This document shows positions 63,219 to 64,000 of a stretch of DNA of 64,000 nucleotides, piece after piece. The position numbers and the translations under genes are program-made. The DNA lies in the NCBI GenBank assembly GCA_049724395.1, contig JAUGWO010000016.1, positions 62,001 through 126,000 on the forward strand, in the 5' to 3' direction. The notes under the pieces were generated by a model. The model ran no database searches and was not told the origin of the DNA. It saw nothing but the letters and a program-made list of their open reading frames with translations. Each line of letters starts with the position of its first letter. The stretch's first letter is position 1. The stretch comes from Spongospora subterranea f. sp. subterranea (lineage: Eukaryota).

Positions 63219-64000
63219 ACATGGACAGATAGGAAAGACCAAACATATTATGGCCACGTCGCCAGCTGAAAGCGGCTAATTCACTCATGGTGCTTTATAC
63301 TCAATACACCTCATAGCTATTAGTGTTTTTCATGCCGGAATATCGCGCTCAACGTGGTTCCTCTCGCGTCGACTCATGATCGAATAGATTTGACCCCGAA
63401 CCACATTTGATTTTTCTGGACAACACTTCGGACTGCAGGCACTCGCTGACAAATTGGGAACACTACTGGAAAACCTTTTCATCATCAATATATGTTAGGA
63501 CCGATCCACCGAAAACAGTTTCGCGACAATAACCCACGATCGCTTGGTAGCAGTGTCTCCGCTTCAGGTGATTCCATCGCCATCTCAATATTGTTGGAAC
63601 AGTCTGAGGTGACGCCGCCATCGCTTCTCCTTGAATCAAGTACATGACCTTTGATCGTCCAATCAACGGGACATTGTGCACGATTGGTGTCTAATGTCTA
63701 TAGTAAACGTTCATCCTCAAGGCCGACTTGCACTTTATTGAAAGAACTTCATTCTACTTCTTTGTCCTTTCGCTTGCCATAGCATCCCTCCACTTACAAT
63801 CGATGTGAGAGCAGAGGGGACCACTGTCCACATCGCGTGCCAAATTTTATTTTTTATACACACTAATTTTGGTAACACAAGATTTGTGTGTTACACACTA
63901 TTTATGATATTGGTCGTGAAAAAGGGCCACGCTAATTAGTGTGATACACACTAAATACCGGAATCGGTGTAGTGGAAAATTATTCTGTATTGCATTTTGT

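Noticed and set aside
63400..64000. Possible Mutator/SWIM remnant and ACACACTA short repeats at the window end
   Set aside because: Too degenerate and truncated by the window edge.

Overview
This is eukaryotic nuclear DNA from a gene-dense genome with short (about 50-90 bp) GT-AG introns. Flagellar genes (kintoun/DNAAF2, CCDC180) point to a flagellated microbial eukaryote; a phytomyxid-like protist is my guess, not established. Recognisable genes: DNAAF2 (3' part), a DUF202 membrane protein, a bacterial-type argC with a 1-bp frameshift, PDCD2L/TSR4, tRNA-Ser(CGA), ZNF593/BUD20, mL50, F-BAR, PH and Rsa3-domain proteins, CCDC180, CDP-DAG synthase, COX7a, ASPM, a diflavin reductase and prohibitin-2. 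Between them lie PIF/Harbinger and Ty1/copia remnants, two minisatellites and several long fold-back inverted repeats. The two most unusual items are (1) a PhyH-family 2OG/Fe(II) dioxygenase with a complete PHD finger inserted inside its catalytic fold, a candidate non-JmjC chromatin-directed oxygenase, and (2) a three-exon gene joining two bacterial YbjN-like domains, a discoidin-like domain and a pseudokinase. All calls rest on manual translation and motif recognition; no database searches were run.
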